A DNA stretch of 248,000 nucleotides from Hyalangium minutum (GCF_000737315.1 NZ_JMCB01000004.1:20001-268000), one strand, 5' to 3'. Positions 115,630 to 128,818 are shown, counted from the stretch's first letter. Numbers and translations: made by a program. Notes: generated by a model from the sequence alone, not told the origin.

Positions 115630-116550
115630 TTACTGGAAGCACTCCCCGACAACGCCCGCGCCATCCGGGTTGGTGGCCCAGGCTGCGCACGCCAGCTTTC
115701 GCTGCGCCGACACGCTGGGGTGGAAGCAGTCGGTGCCGTTGAGGTCCGACGCGCGGAAGACGTACGTGCCCACCGAAGTGTTCTGGAAGCCCTCCTCGAG
115801 GGAGCCCTGCCAGTCCGCCACGAAGCGCACGCCTCGCGGGTTGCGGCCGTCGATGTTGGCTGCGTAGAGATCGACCTCGGCACGGGTCGCCGCGTTGTAT
115901 TCATTGATGCGAGCGCCGATCTGCGCTCGCCGGCCGCCGTTCCTCTCTGCGGTGACGATGCGGCAGATGCCTGCGGCGGGCCAGATGACGTACGAGCAAT
116001 ACAGGCTCTTGGCATTCCCAGCGGCGTAGAGGAAATCCACCCGAGGGAAGCTCAGCACGTGTACCGTCGCGCCCGGCGAGAGGCAGGCCGCCAGCTGATC
116101 CAGCCCCGCGCGCAGCGCGTTGACCCAGGTGTCGAGCGAGTACATGTTCGCGGTGGCATCCGAGCTGGAGGATCTCGGCCGGTTGCACACGTCGTTGGCG
116201 CCGAGGAGGACAGAGACGTGCTGGGGCTTCTCCTCCTGCGCGCAGATCCGCGATGCCTGGACGGCGAAGTTGTTGCTCCCGCCGACCATCTCCGCGCCCG
116301 AGACGGACTCGGGTTGCTGGGTGAAGGAAGGGACGAGCTCCCGATACCGCATGAAGATCGAGAAGACGCTGCTGGAGGTGCCTTGCACCCAGCTCAGCTC
116401 CGGGCGATCCGCGGGCCACCCATCCGCGATCGCGCCTTGGGACATGCTGTCACCCACGTTGGACTGCTTGGTGGGGAGCTCGGCCCATGCCACACCTGCC
116501 AGGAGCCCCGCTGCCACTGCGCAGAGAATCCGCATTCGAGATGTGCTCAC
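115630..116550 (-). CDS. SGNH/GDSL hydrolase
   Basis: GDSMS, GANDVC, DCFHP. Confidence 0.85.
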   Translation of the reverse strand: MSTSRMRILCAVAAGLLAGVAWAELPTKQSNVGDSMSQGAIADGWPADRPELSWVQGTSSSVFSIFMRYRELVPSFTQQPESVSGAEMVGGSNNFAVQASRICAQEEKPQHVSVLLGANDVCNRPRSSSSDATANMYSLDTWVNALRAGLDQLAACLSPGATVHVLSFPRVDFLYAAGNAKSLYCSYVIWPAAGICRIVTAERNGGRRAQIGARINEYNAATRAEVDLYAANIDGRNPRGVRFVADWQGSLEEGFQNTSVGTYVFRASDLNGTDCFHPSVSAQRKLACAAWATNPDGAGVVGECFQ

Positions 116551-116957
116551 GACGTGTTCCTCCGGTGAGTGAAAGCTCTGCGGTGTGTACAGGAAGGGCC
116601 TGGGGCGCCCCATCCGTCGGCGAGGCAGACGCGTTGGCCACCACACGAGGACGAGCGCGGAAATCCACGGATGATCGTCACCCTGTGCCCGGAGTCGTGC
116701 GCGGTGATGCCTGATGAGCAGGGGAGGTGGGGTGGGCCCTCGCAGGTAGGTCTTCCCGCTACCGTCTCCCAGGGTTCCCTCCGTGGGGAGCAGAGAGGCG
116801 CAGAGCCGCGCCGTCGTGTTTCGTGCAACGGGCCTGTGGCTGTTGCCACGGGGTATCACCTGGAAGACGCGAGCAAGCAGTCATGCACGGGGGGCCCATT
116901 CCGGTGGGGATCCCCGTGTCCATTCCTGTCCGGCGAGAACAGCGGGCGGGGAGCGGC

Positions 116958-119477
116958 ATGGGCGGATTGCGTGGCGCGTGGGTGGTGCTGGCGTGCGTGG
117001 GCGTGCTTGGGGGGCGGGCGGTGTGGGCCCAGGCTCCTGGCGAGGAGGCTCCGTCCGACGAGGTGCTGTCGGAGGAGCAGCTCGAGCAGCTGCTGGACTC
117101 TCCAGCCGAGCAGCCCTCGGGCGCGGACCTGAATGAGGCGATGTTCGGGCTGGAGCAGCTCACGCCCTACTTCGCCGAGGGGACGCTGGCCAAGGCCCGG
117201 GCTGAGTACGACCGGGGCCGGTACCGCAAGGCGCGGACACTGCTCTCGCAGGAGCAGCAGACGCTTCCGGTTCGCTTCCTGATGGCGCAGAGCGCGCTGA
117301 ACCTGCGCGATGACGTCACCGCGGCCGAGGAGTTCGCGGCGCTGGCCGAGGAGTACGTGCCGCTGAGAGACCACTGCTTGATGCGCGCGGCCCAGTCCAA
117401 CGAGAAGCTGCGCAAGCTGGAGCTGGCGGCCACCCAGTACCAGGCGGTGGATCCGAGCTCGCCGCTCTATCCGGACGCGCGGTTCAACCTGGCGCGGGTG
117501 CTGGAGCGGCGGAGGGACTTGAACGGAGCGCTGAACGCGCTGGCGGAACTCATCGAGAGCCGCAAGGCGCGCGGACCAGACGCCGTCCGCATGCAGGCGC
117601 TGCTGGCCACGTGTGATTTGGCGCGCAAGCAGGGCCTGTACAACGTGGAGCACAAGGCGCTGCTCGAGGTGTGGGCCACGAGTCCGTTGTCCCGGGAGGC
117701 GGAGCGCGCCCGGCGGCGGCTGCAGGGGCTGCCGCTGCCGCTGAAGTGGCGGGTGCGCCGGGCGGATGCGCTGGTGGATCTGCACCGCAACCACGCGGCG
117801 ATGGAACTGCTCGACGGGGTGGTTCCCCACGTGGCGCTGCCGGACCCGGTGGGGTGCAATGCGCGCCTCATCTATGGCGAGGCGCTGCGCAAGGAGCGGC
117901 AGCACCACAAGGCGATTCAGGTGCTCTCGCCGGTGGTGGAGCAGTGCCACCTACCGGAGGTCCGGCCGCAGGCGCTCTACGTGCTGGGCTACTCGCAGTC
118001 CGTGGTGGACAAGGACGCGGCGGTCGGCACGTACGACACGCTGGCGCGCGACTACCCGGAGCACGGCTATGCGGATGACGCCCTGTTCTTCGCGGGCTGG
118101 CTGTTCCAGCGCAAGGGCGAGCTGGATGCCGCGATGACCCGGTACGACGAACTGGCCAGGAAGTACCCCACGGGCAACTTCGCGTCCGAGGCGCTCTTCC
118201 GCTCGTACTGGCTGCACCAGCGGCGGGGGGAGCATGCGGCGGCGCTGGGGGCGCTCCAGGCGGTGGAGAAGATGCCGCAGGCGGCGCGGACGGACGAAGC
118301 GCTCTGGCGGGCGCGGTACTGGATCGCCCGGACGATGGAGATGCAGAACGAGGTGCCTGCGGCGCTCGCGGGCTATGAGCGCATCGCGGCCGATCGGCCT
118401 GCGACGTGGTACGGGATGCTGGCGCGCTCGCGGCTTGCGCTGCTGGCGCCGGGGCGGCTGGTGCGTGCACCGCCCGTCTCCGCGACGCCGATCGCCATGG
118501 TGGCTCCCGTCTCCACGGCTCCTGTCTCCGTGGCACCGGCCTCCGTGGCGCCTGTTTCTGGGGCGCCGGTCTCGGCGACTTCGGCCACCCTGACGTCCAT
118601 GCAGACGGTGGCGCCGGAACCCACGGCGGAGCCTGCGGTGATCTGGCCGCTGCCGATGGGTGGGCTGGCCAAGGATCCGCGCTTTGCGGCGGGAGTGGAG
118701 CTGATCCGGCTGGGAATGTCCGGTGCGGTGCAGGAACTGCTCGCGGTGGAGCAGCGGGCGCTGCCGGAGGGCCCGGCGCGGCTGCTGTACCAGATTGTCC
118801 AGCGCACGGGGCGGGGCTGGGCGGCGCGCAAGGTGGCGCGCTCCACGCTGCGGGACGAGGTGCGAGGCCCGCTGAGCTCCACGTCCCGGCCGATCTGGGA
118901 GGCCACGTGGCCGCTTGCGTTCCGCACGCTCATCGAGCGCCAGGCGAAGACGAACCGGCTGGATCCGGACCTGCTGCAGGGGCTCATCCGCGAGGAGAGC
119001 CGGTTCAATCCTCGGGCGCGCTCGTCCACGGGAGCGCTGGGACTCACGCAGCTGATGCCCGCGACGGCGCGCCAGGTGGCGGCCTCGCTGAAGCTGGCGG
119101 CGGTGGGGGAGCAGACGCTGCTGCAGCCGGACCAGAACGTGCGGATCGGCGCGGCGTACCTGGGGCAGCTGCTCAAGCACTTTGGAGGGAACGCCGCGTA
119201 CGCGGTGGCCGCATACAACGCGGGGCCTGGAGCGGTGGAGCGCTGGCGGAAGGCGCTGCCGCAGGCGGACCTCGACGAGTGGGTGGAGCACATCACCTTC
119301 GACGAGACGCGGGACTACGTGAAGAACGTGCTGGGCAGCTACAACGCCTACAAGCAGCTCTACGGCTCGCAGTCGCCGCTGCTGCAGATCACCACCATGA
119401 CTCCCGCCAATGGTGCGGGGCTGGCGGAGCGTGAGGCGGGAATGGGCGGCTCGGGTTCCGAGGTCCTGCAGAAGTGA
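116958..119477 (+). CDS. Soluble lytic transglycosylase with TPR region
   Basis: IREESRF, GLTQLMP, AAYNAGP, ETRDYV. Confidence 0.92.
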   Translation: MGGLRGAWVVLACVGVLGGRAVWAQAPGEEAPSDEVLSEEQLEQLLDSPAEQPSGADLNEAMFGLEQLTPYFAEGTLAKARAEYDRGRYRKARTLLSQEQQTLPVRFLMAQSALNLRDDVTAAEEFAALAEEYVPLRDHCLMRAAQSNEKLRKLELAATQYQAVDPSSPLYPDARFNLARVLERRRDLNGALNALAELIESRKARGPDAVRMQALLATCDLARKQGLYNVEHKALLEVWATSPLSREAERARRRLQGLPLPLKWRVRRADALVDLHRNHAAMELLDGVVPHVALPDPVGCNARLIYGEALRKERQHHKAIQVLSPVVEQCHLPEVRPQALYVLGYSQSVVDKDAAVGTYDTLARDYPEHGYADDALFFAGWLFQRKGELDAAMTRYDELARKYPTGNFASEALFRSYWLHQRRGEHAAALGALQAVEKMPQAARTDEALWRARYWIARTMEMQNEVPAALAGYERIAADRPATWYGMLARSRLALLAPGRLVRAPPVSATPIAMVAPVSTAPVSVAPASVAPVSGAPVSATSATLTSMQTVAPEPTAEPAVIWPLPMGGLAKDPRFAAGVELIRLGMSGAVQELLAVEQRALPEGPARLLYQIVQRTGRGWAARKVARSTLRDEVRGPLSSTSRPIWEATWPLAFRTLIERQAKTNRLDPDLLQGLIREESRFNPRARSSTGALGLTQLMPATARQVAASLKLAAVGEQTLLQPDQNVRIGAAYLGQLLKHFGGNAAYAVAAYNAGPGAVERWRKALPQADLDEWVEHITFDETRDYVKNVLGSYNAYKQLYGSQSPLLQITTMTPANGAGLAEREAGMGGSGSEVLQK

Positions 119478-119522
119478 GCAGTTTCCCTTGCGAGCAGCTG
119501 GACACCGGCTCACTCTCCGGGG

Positions 119523-119999
119523 ATGGAAAACGCTGCGCCTGAATGGAAGCTGCCGTGGGAGGGTGGGTGCCGCTGCGGGAAGATCCGCCTGCGCGTCACT
119601 CAGCCTCCGCTCCTGACCATGGCGTGTCACTGCACGGGCTGTCAGCGCATGAGCTCGAGTGCTTTCAGCCTGTCGATGGCGGTGCCGACGCCCGGCTTTG
119701 AGGTCCTCTCCGGCGAGCCGGTGGTCGGGGGGCTGCATGGGCCGACGAAGCACATGTTCTGCGGCCACTGCATGACGTGGATGTTCACGCGGCCCGAGGG
119801 CATGGACTTCTTCGTGAACCTCCGGCCGAGCATGCTCGACGACTGGAGCTGGTTCGTGCCGTTCATCGAGACCTACGCGGAGGTGAAACGGCCCTGGGCG
119901 GCAACGGGCGCGGTGCACTCCTACCCGCAGTTTCCGGAGATGTCCGCGTACGAAGGGCTCATCGCCGAGTTCGCCGCGAAGGGTGTGCGTCCCAAGTAG
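119523..119999 (+). CDS. GFA family protein
   Basis: GGCRCG, CHCTGCQR, FCGHC. Confidence 0.9.
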   Translation: MENAAPEWKLPWEGGCRCGKIRLRVTQPPLLTMACHCTGCQRMSSSAFSLSMAVPTPGFEVLSGEPVVGGLHGPTKHMFCGHCMTWMFTRPEGMDFFVNLRPSMLDDWSWFVPFIETYAEVKRPWAATGAVHSYPQFPEMSAYEGLIAEFAAKGVRPK

Positions 120000-120151
120000 C
120001 GAGCCGCAGCCGCAAGGGGCTCGGGTGTGTTCCCTCGTTGCCGGTAGCCCAGGTGCAGTGGCAGGTGCTCCATCCCGCGCGACAGGGTGGACGAGCGCCA
120101 CCGCGAACTGCGAGGCGTGAAGCGCGTGCGGCTCGTGCTTGATGCGGCGGT

Positions 120152-120628
120152 TCAGCGCGCGGTGCACCTGTTGCTGCGGCAACTACCGCCCGGACACTCC
120201 GAGTCGGAGTAACACTCGCCGCCTGCGGTGGTGCACTTGCCGCTACGGCAGCTCCCGCCGTTGCACTCCGAGTCGGAGTAGCACTGGCCACCGGCGGTAG
120301 TGCACTTGCCGCTACGGCACCTGCCACCCGGGCACTCGGAATCCGAGTAGCACTCGCCACCCGCAGTGGTGCACTTGCCACTGCGGCAGCTCCCGCCGTT
120401 ACACTCCGAGTCGGAGTAGCACTGGCCACCGGCGGTAGTGCACTTGCTGCTGCGGCACCTGCCACCCGGGCACTCGGAATCCGAGTAGCACTCGCCACCC
120501 GCAGTGGTGCACTTGCCACTGCGGCAGCTCCCGCCGTTGCACTCCGAGTCGGAGTAGCAGTCGGCGAGCGCGGTGGGGGCGAACAGGAGCGCAGTGAGCG
120601 CGAGCGGTACGACCAGCAGTCGGGACAT
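120152..120628 (-). CDS. Secreted protein made of six 23-aa Cys-rich repeats
   Basis: Signal peptide; unit CYSDSECxGGxCRSxKCTTAGGx. Confidence 0.75.
   Translation of the reverse strand: MSRLLVVPLALTALLFAPTALADCYSDSECNGGSCRSGKCTTAGGECYSDSECPGGRCRSSKCTTAGGQCYSDSECNGGSCRSGKCTTAGGECYSDSECPGGRCRSGKCTTAGGQCYSDSECNGGSCRSGKCTTAGGECYSDSECPGGSCRSNRCTAR
120160..120560 (-). repeat. 69-bp coding tandem repeat x6
   Basis: Repeated cactccgagtcggagtagcac blocks. Confidence 0.88.
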
Positions 120629-121030
120629 GGTCACCTCTCCGAGCGCTCCATCCTGCTGGCAAGCGTGGGCTGCGCGCAACGAGTGGGAGGCAACACTCCT
120701 TCGTGTGGTGCTCGTCCGCCCACGCATACAGCGCCTGATGCCCGAGCGGTGCCAGCTGGAGCCACTCCAGCGTTCTTCTTCCGATGGGCGGGGAGGCGTG
120801 GCTTACTACACGGCTGGATGGGAGCAGGCCGGATCGGAGTGTCCTCGCGGTACCGGGCCTGCGAGCAAGGAGGGCTCTGGTGAAGGAGCATCCCGGAGGG
120901 GCTTCCCTGGTGCCACTGGCTCCGATGCTTGGGTGTCTCCTCCTTGTGGCGAGCTGTCAGGGATGCGAGAGGCCCGCGGCGCAGGTGTCGGCCATCGAAG
121001 GGGTGGAGGCCGGTGTCAGACCCTCCGCAG

Positions 121031-122029
121031 CTACTCTTCAGTGCTTGTGAGGTTTGGCGGCATGAATGTCAGCGAGATGGGATTCCCCAGCCCACCGCTG
121101 CCGGGTTGAACAAAGAGATCGATGAACGCGCCTGTCTTCCCGTCGAAGCGAAACACGGAGGCGCCCTGGAAGCTTGGCAGGTAAAGGTTTTCGTCGGGCC
121201 CGAAGACAAGATCATTGACCGTGATCAGCCCATTGCTGCCAGCAGGAATGAAGACATCGATCAAGGCGCCCGTCGTCCTGTTGTAGCGCCGCACGTCGTT
121301 GTCAAACGTGGCGACATACAGCTGGCAGTCGGGTCCGAAGGCAAACTTGGGGTATTTCACGCCGGTGATGAAGACCGCTCCCGGCTGGCCCTCGGCTGGC
121401 AGGGGAGCTCCCGTCCATTTGTCGTAGCGCATGATCTGGTCGGTCAAGACGCTCTCGACGAAGAGGTGCCCCTCTGGGCCAAAGGCCAGGATCTGCGGGA
121501 CCTTCAGTCCTCCCCCGGAGGCGAAGACGCCCAAGAAGGCGCCCGTCTTCCCGTCGTAGCGCAGCACGCTGTTGGTGCCGAAGAAGCTGTCGCTGACGTA
121601 CAGGTTCCTGTCGGGACCGAAGATGAGGTCGCCCGGAGTCCCGAGCCCCCCTCTGCCGGCTGGCACGAACACGCCCATGAACGCGCCCGTCCTCCCGTTG
121701 AAGCGCAGGATGTTCTTGGTAGCGAAGCTCGCGATGTAGAGGTGTCCATCCGGGCCGTAGGCCAGGCCCTGGATATTGGACAGCCCGCCACTGCCGGGAG
121801 GGATGAAGACGCTGACGAACTCTCCCGTTGTCCCGTCATAGCGCAGCACGCTGCTGTTGACGTTGCTGCTGACCAGCAGATCACTCCTGGGAACCAGCCC
121901 TTCTTTTTGAGCGTCCCCTGCCTCCCAGCGCTCGGTGAGCTTCGCCTGCTCCGCCACCTCGGATACTCCGCACCCGGCAGCCAGCCACGTCACCAGCAAA
122001 GCACTCCACAACCCCTTCCCACTCACCAT
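121031..122029 (-). CDS. NHL/Vgb-like beta-propeller lipoprotein
   Basis: Repeats of FGPDGxLY...RFNGxTGAF. Confidence 0.8.
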   Translation of the reverse strand: MVSGKGLWSALLVTWLAAGCGVSEVAEQAKLTERWEAGDAQKEGLVPRSDLLVSSNVNSSVLRYDGTTGEFVSVFIPPGSGGLSNIQGLAYGPDGHLYIASFATKNILRFNGRTGAFMGVFVPAGRGGLGTPGDLIFGPDRNLYVSDSFFGTNSVLRYDGKTGAFLGVFASGGGLKVPQILAFGPEGHLFVESVLTDQIMRYDKWTGAPLPAEGQPGAVFITGVKYPKFAFGPDCQLYVATFDNDVRRYNRTTGALIDVFIPAGSNGLITVNDLVFGPDENLYLPSFQGASVFRFDGKTGAFIDLFVQPGSGGLGNPISLTFMPPNLTSTEE

Positions 122030-122252
122030 GTCCCCCTCCTGTAGGTGGATAGAACTCCCACATCCACTCCCGCCAGAGTGTAAAGAGGATCAGGTGAAGA
122101 CCAGTGGCTGGCAGGGTCAGTCCGCGTCCATGGGCGAGCCTTTGATGGGCCTCTGGGCTCGAACTGTCAGGCCCGCATCATCCTGCGCTCGCCCGTGGCG
122201 CTGCTCCTCCCGCGTGGGGAGTGACACCTCCACGTCACTCCCCACGAGTGGC

Positions 122253-122885
122253 TCAGCCCTGGCGGCGCCGGAACAACATCAAGCCTGCCAGCATGCAGCC
122301 CCAGATGGGCGCACTCCCAGCAGCGGCGCATCCACCCCCATCCGCGTTCTCCTCTGGCTCTTCCTCCTGGGGGACGTCCACGGGTGTGCCCTTCCCAATC
122401 TTCACGCTCAGCTTCGCGGTGGAAGACCTGTCCCCATCGCTTTTGAGGTCCGCGTTGGTGGAGTTACCGGCCCCAAAGAGCGTGAGCGTCACATCGGTCG
122501 CGGGCGCGACGAGCGAGAAGTCGAAGCGCAGCACCCCGGCGTTGAAGGGCTGGGGAGCGGAATGCGTCAACTCGGTCCCCAGCTTCTTGAGCCCGGCGCT
122601 GCTGGCCAGGAGAGAGGTCTCCGCGCTGTCCACGGCGATGTTGATCCCACCCGTCTTCGCGGCGCCTCCCCGGATGATGAGGGCGTACTGGCCCGTGGCC
122701 CCTGGCTCCAGGCTCGTGGGGCCCTCGAACTCCACGGTGGGAAGCTCTCCCCCTTTATGACACGTGCTGCACGTCATCCCGTCCTTGCCAGACTGCCCGG
122801 TGATGCCCGTGCTGGTGGCGAGAGCAGGGGAGGACCACAGCGCCAAAGCGGCGAACACGCTCGTGATACGGAACTGAGGATGCAT
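122253..122885 (-). CDS. Reeler-like MYXO-CTERM protein with one CXXCH
   Basis: CSTCH; GGGCAAAG + TM + RRR. Confidence 0.75.
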   Translation of the reverse strand: MHPQFRITSVFAALALWSSPALATSTGITGQSGKDGMTCSTCHKGGELPTVEFEGPTSLEPGATGQYALIIRGGAAKTGGINIAVDSAETSLLASSAGLKKLGTELTHSAPQPFNAGVLRFDFSLVAPATDVTLTLFGAGNSTNADLKSDGDRSSTAKLSVKIGKGTPVDVPQEEEPEENADGGGCAAAGSAPIWGCMLAGLMLFRRRQG

Positions 122886-122929
122886 TGAATCTCCAAGAAG
122901 TGATGAGAGACACGGCGTGACTGCAGCCG

Positions 122930-124138
122930 CTAGCGAAGCTGGAGGAAGGAGAAGGAGAGCCCTGGCGTCGTCACCGTGGCCCTGCCGTTGTCCCCCAGCA
123001 TCCGCAGGGTGGTGGACGCGGCGCCCGCGGCGAACTCGGTGTAGAGGATCTGGTTCTGCGACTCGAAGAGGAAGGTGCTGCCCGACGTCGCCGGGAAGCG
123101 GGTCTTGTGCACCGCCGTCATCGTGTCGAGCTTCAGCTCCCACCACTGCCAGCCCTTCCCGCTCGCGATGGTGCGCGGATGGGTGCCTTCCGTGATCGGG
123201 GCCACCGTCTCATCGAGCACGCGCACGTACGCGGTCCCCCGAGGGCCGGGCACGAGCGTGCCCGCCGTGCCACCGCCCACCAGTTCCGAGAGTGTCCGGT
123301 GGAAGCTCGGATCAAAGGTGCGGGTCTGGGGATCGAACTTGAGCAGGCACGGCGTGGGTGCCTCCGCGCCCACCACCCGGCGCACCGCCGCGCCATAGGC
123401 CTCCGTCGCGATGTACACCTTGCCGTCCAGGCCGACGGCGGCATCCTGCGTGTAGCCACACCGCTCATCCGTGGCGAGGGTGGCCACATCCGTCGCCGTG
123501 TCGACGGAGACCACACCCGCCTTGGGGGTGATGCCCACGCCCGAGACGGGACGCCAGCCCACGGGCATGATGATTTGGCCGGTGAGCTGCACGGCCAGTC
123601 CCGAGAAGGCCACGACCGTGTCCGGGAAGGCCACAGCGTCGAGGGGGATACGGCCGGTGACCGTCATCAGCTCGGGGTTCCAGATGACGATCTGGGCGGT
123701 GGCCCCATCGAAGAAGTAGGCCTTGGTCTCCGAGATGAACTGGAAGTTGGCCTGGTACTCTCCCAGGGACGTCACTCCCACGCTGGCGAAGCTCACGGTG
123801 CCAGCCGGCTCCAGCGCCCCCGTGGCGGAGAGCTTGTAACGGGTCACCGTCGCGCTCTCGTCGCTCACGACATAGAGCGTGCCGGACTTGGGGATGCCCA
123901 ATCCCAGGGCACGACCGGGCACGCGGATGGCGTTGTCCAGGGAGAGCGATGCCGGCTGCTCCGCCTGGTCCGTCACGATGACGTAGCTCTCCGCCGGATC
124001 GGCGGCGAGCAATTGCGTGGTGATGGCGTACAGCGGCTCGGTGTCGTCACCGTCCTCTTCTCCACAGCCTGTGAGCAGGGACAGGGCCAGCATGGCGGCG
124101 GAAAACCGCAGGGAAGAGAGGGCACCCAGATGCTTCAT
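122930..124138 (-). CDS. MxcI-like/DUF4374-like lipoprotein (iron-uptake associated)
   Basis: Lipobox LTGC; YFFDG...IWNP..M pattern; Fur box upstream. Confidence 0.65.
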   Translation of the reverse strand: MKHLGALSSLRFSAAMLALSLLTGCGEEDGDDTEPLYAITTQLLAADPAESYVIVTDQAEQPASLSLDNAIRVPGRALGLGIPKSGTLYVVSDESATVTRYKLSATGALEPAGTVSFASVGVTSLGEYQANFQFISETKAYFFDGATAQIVIWNPELMTVTGRIPLDAVAFPDTVVAFSGLAVQLTGQIIMPVGWRPVSGVGITPKAGVVSVDTATDVATLATDERCGYTQDAAVGLDGKVYIATEAYGAAVRRVVGAEAPTPCLLKFDPQTRTFDPSFHRTLSELVGGGTAGTLVPGPRGTAYVRVLDETVAPITEGTHPRTIASGKGWQWWELKLDTMTAVHKTRFPATSGSTFLFESQNQILYTEFAAGAASTTLRMLGDNGRATVTTPGLSFSFLQLR

Positions 124139-124167
124139 CGCAACAGCCTTTCCATGGAAATGAAATC

Positions 124168-124186
124168 GATAATCATTATCAATTTC
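124168..124186. promoter_or_regulatory. Fur box
   Basis: GATAATCATTATCAATTTC, 16/19 match to GATAATGATTATCATTATC. Confidence 0.8.
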
Positions 124187-124319
124187 AGTGCTCTATTAGG
124201 AGGTGGCCGCGCCCCCTGTCAAGAAGAAGGGCTCTGTGGGTGGCGTCGTGTGGCTCGTGGGGATCGCGATCAGGGACGCGTTGCTACAGGTGGTGTACGT
124301 CTGTACAGTGCACGGCCCC

Positions 124320-126734
<2,415 letters not shown>

Positions 126735-126746
126735 GCGAGGTGCAGG

Positions 126747-128141
126747 GTGGACCTGAAGCGCAAGCTGGCACGGCTCTCGAGCATTGGCCCTGGCGGCAAG
126801 CCCGTGGCCACGGCTGCGCCCTCCGAGCCTGTTGCTGAGGCGGCTCCCGTCGCTTCGCCGCCCGCTCCCGAGCCGGAGGTGCGCAAGCCGCAGGATCCGC
126901 GTATCGCGGCGTTGCGCCAGATGCTGGGGGAGTGGTCCCAGCGCCGGGTCACCGCCGCAGGCCGCCGAGCTGCTCCGCCGCCGCCTCCGCCCCCGGGCCC
127001 GCTGCCCGCCGAGCCTCGGACGACGCCTCACGGAGTGGTCCACATCGCCGAGCGGTTGCTGCTGCCGGATCACCACCATGGCTCGGCTCCCGTGGCGGGC
127101 GCGTGTGACGTGGAGTCCGCGCTGGTGGCGAGCCTCGCGCTGGATCCCCGGCTGGCGGGCGTGGACTTCCAGCGGGTGCTCTACCTGGACACGGAGACGA
127201 CGGGGCTCGCGGGCGGCACCGGCACCGTGCCCTTCCTGGTGGGCCTGGCGTGGTTCGAGGGGCGCTCGCTCCGCGTGCAGCAGCTCTTCCTGAGCCGGCT
127301 GGGCGAGGAGGGACCCATGCTGCGCGTGCTGGCCGAGCGCATGGCCGGGTCCTCCTGCCTCATCACCTTCAATGGAAAGAGCTTCGACTGGCCGCTGCTG
127401 CGCACCCGCTTCGTGCTCAACCGCGTGCCCGTTCCCTCCGAGCTGCCGCACCTGGATCTGCTGCACTGCTCGCGGCGGGTGTTCAAGCACCGGGGCTCGG
127501 GGACGCGGCTGGTGCAGTTGGAGGAGCAGATCCTCGGGCACCGGCGCGTGGGCGACGTGGACGGCTCGCTGATCCCGGACCTCTACTTCCGCTTCCTGCG
127601 CGGCGGCAGCAGCGCGGCCCTCACGCCCGTGCTGGAGCACAACGCGAACGATCTCCTGCTCCTGGCGGCGCTGCTGGGTGAGCTGGTGCGGCGCTTCCGC
127701 ACCAGCCGCGGCGAGGAGGAGGATCCTCGGGACTTGCTCGGCTTCGCGGGCGTGGCGATGCGCGCCGGGGATTTCGAGCGGGCGCAGACCTTTGCCCAGG
127801 CTGCGGCCCGGGGCGGTGGCACGGTCAGCGTGGAGGCGCTCTCGCTGGCTTCCCGTCTGTCCCGCCGGGCAGGGGACTCCAAGAGCGCGGTGGACTTGCT
127901 GGAGCAGGCGCTCACCTCCGCGAGGGGCACCCAGGCCGCGCCGCTGCATCTGGCGCTCACCAAGCTGTACGAGCACTCGCTCAAGGATCTGGAGCGGGCC
128001 CTGCACCACGCGCGGCTCACCATGACCGCCGAGCTCCCCGAGGAGCAGCGCCACCGCATCTCTCGCCTGGAGCGCAAGCTGGGCCGGGGCTCAGGGGAGA
128101 ACGTGCTGGCGCTCGGGATGCCGCCTCGCGCCGGGCTCTAG
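126747..128141 (+). CDS. RNase_H_2/DnaQ-like exonuclease with TPR (MrfB/YprB-like)
   Basis: YLDTETTG, FNGKSFD, HNANDL. Confidence 0.88.
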   Translation: MDLKRKLARLSSIGPGGKPVATAAPSEPVAEAAPVASPPAPEPEVRKPQDPRIAALRQMLGEWSQRRVTAAGRRAAPPPPPPPGPLPAEPRTTPHGVVHIAERLLLPDHHHGSAPVAGACDVESALVASLALDPRLAGVDFQRVLYLDTETTGLAGGTGTVPFLVGLAWFEGRSLRVQQLFLSRLGEEGPMLRVLAERMAGSSCLITFNGKSFDWPLLRTRFVLNRVPVPSELPHLDLLHCSRRVFKHRGSGTRLVQLEEQILGHRRVGDVDGSLIPDLYFRFLRGGSSAALTPVLEHNANDLLLLAALLGELVRRFRTSRGEEEDPRDLLGFAGVAMRAGDFERAQTFAQAAARGGGTVSVEALSLASRLSRRAGDSKSAVDLLEQALTSARGTQAAPLHLALTKLYEHSLKDLERALHHARLTMTAELPEEQRHRISRLERKLGRGSGENVLALGMPPRAGL

Positions 128142-128818
128142 GTGGACGCAGGGCCCGTCCAGGTGAGCTCGTACTCGCTGTCGAGCGTCCCCGTCACCCG
128201 GCTCCGCACCTCCACGCCTTCCAGGCGCAGGGTCTCCATCAGGCACAGGAGCGCGCCCTCGTGGTACGCGGCGGGCATGAAGTCGCGCTTCATGACGAGC
128301 CGGCAGTGGCGGGGCCCCAGCCACTGCACGGTCCGCTCGCCGTAGCTCGTCGTGGTCCGGAAGAGCACGGGCAGGCTCGACAGCACGCGCCGCGGCTCGC
128401 TGAACGAGAAGGAGAGGAAGGTCTTCCCCGCGCTCGAGCCCAGGAAGTCCTTCATGCCCCGCTTGCCGAGCTTCCGCAGGGCACCCGAGAAGTCCTCGTC
128501 GCGGGTGCTCAGGCACTGCGCTCCCATGTAGACCAGGCGCAGGAAGTCCGGGATGGCGTACGGCAAGAAGTCGAAGTAGGGCGCCTGCCCGAGCAGCTTG
128601 CTGCAATGCCGCTCCTCTCGCTCGGTGGCCAGGTAGCGCACAGTGTCGAGCACGCCACTGAAGAACAGGCCGCGCACGGTGTCCGTGGGGGTCGCCAGCG
128701 CCAGGCGCTTCTTGAGATCCAGCAGCGCGTTGAGCGGCATCTCCATCTGCGCGGCGACGTCATGCGCGATCGCAGGGGGGCTGCTTCCGGCAGGTTCGTG
128801 GGAGAAGGAGGGGGTCAT
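128138..128818 (-). CDS. DUF2378 (TIGR02265) family protein
   Basis: DTVRGLFF, SYGER, YHEG. Confidence 0.85.
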   Translation of the reverse strand: MTPSFSHEPAGSSPPAIAHDVAAQMEMPLNALLDLKKRLALATPTDTVRGLFFSGVLDTVRYLATEREERHCSKLLGQAPYFDFLPYAIPDFLRLVYMGAQCLSTRDEDFSGALRKLGKRGMKDFLGSSAGKTFLSFSFSEPRRVLSSLPVLFRTTTSYGERTVQWLGPRHCRLVMKRDFMPAAYHEGALLCLMETLRLEGVEVRSRVTGTLDSEYELTWTGPAST

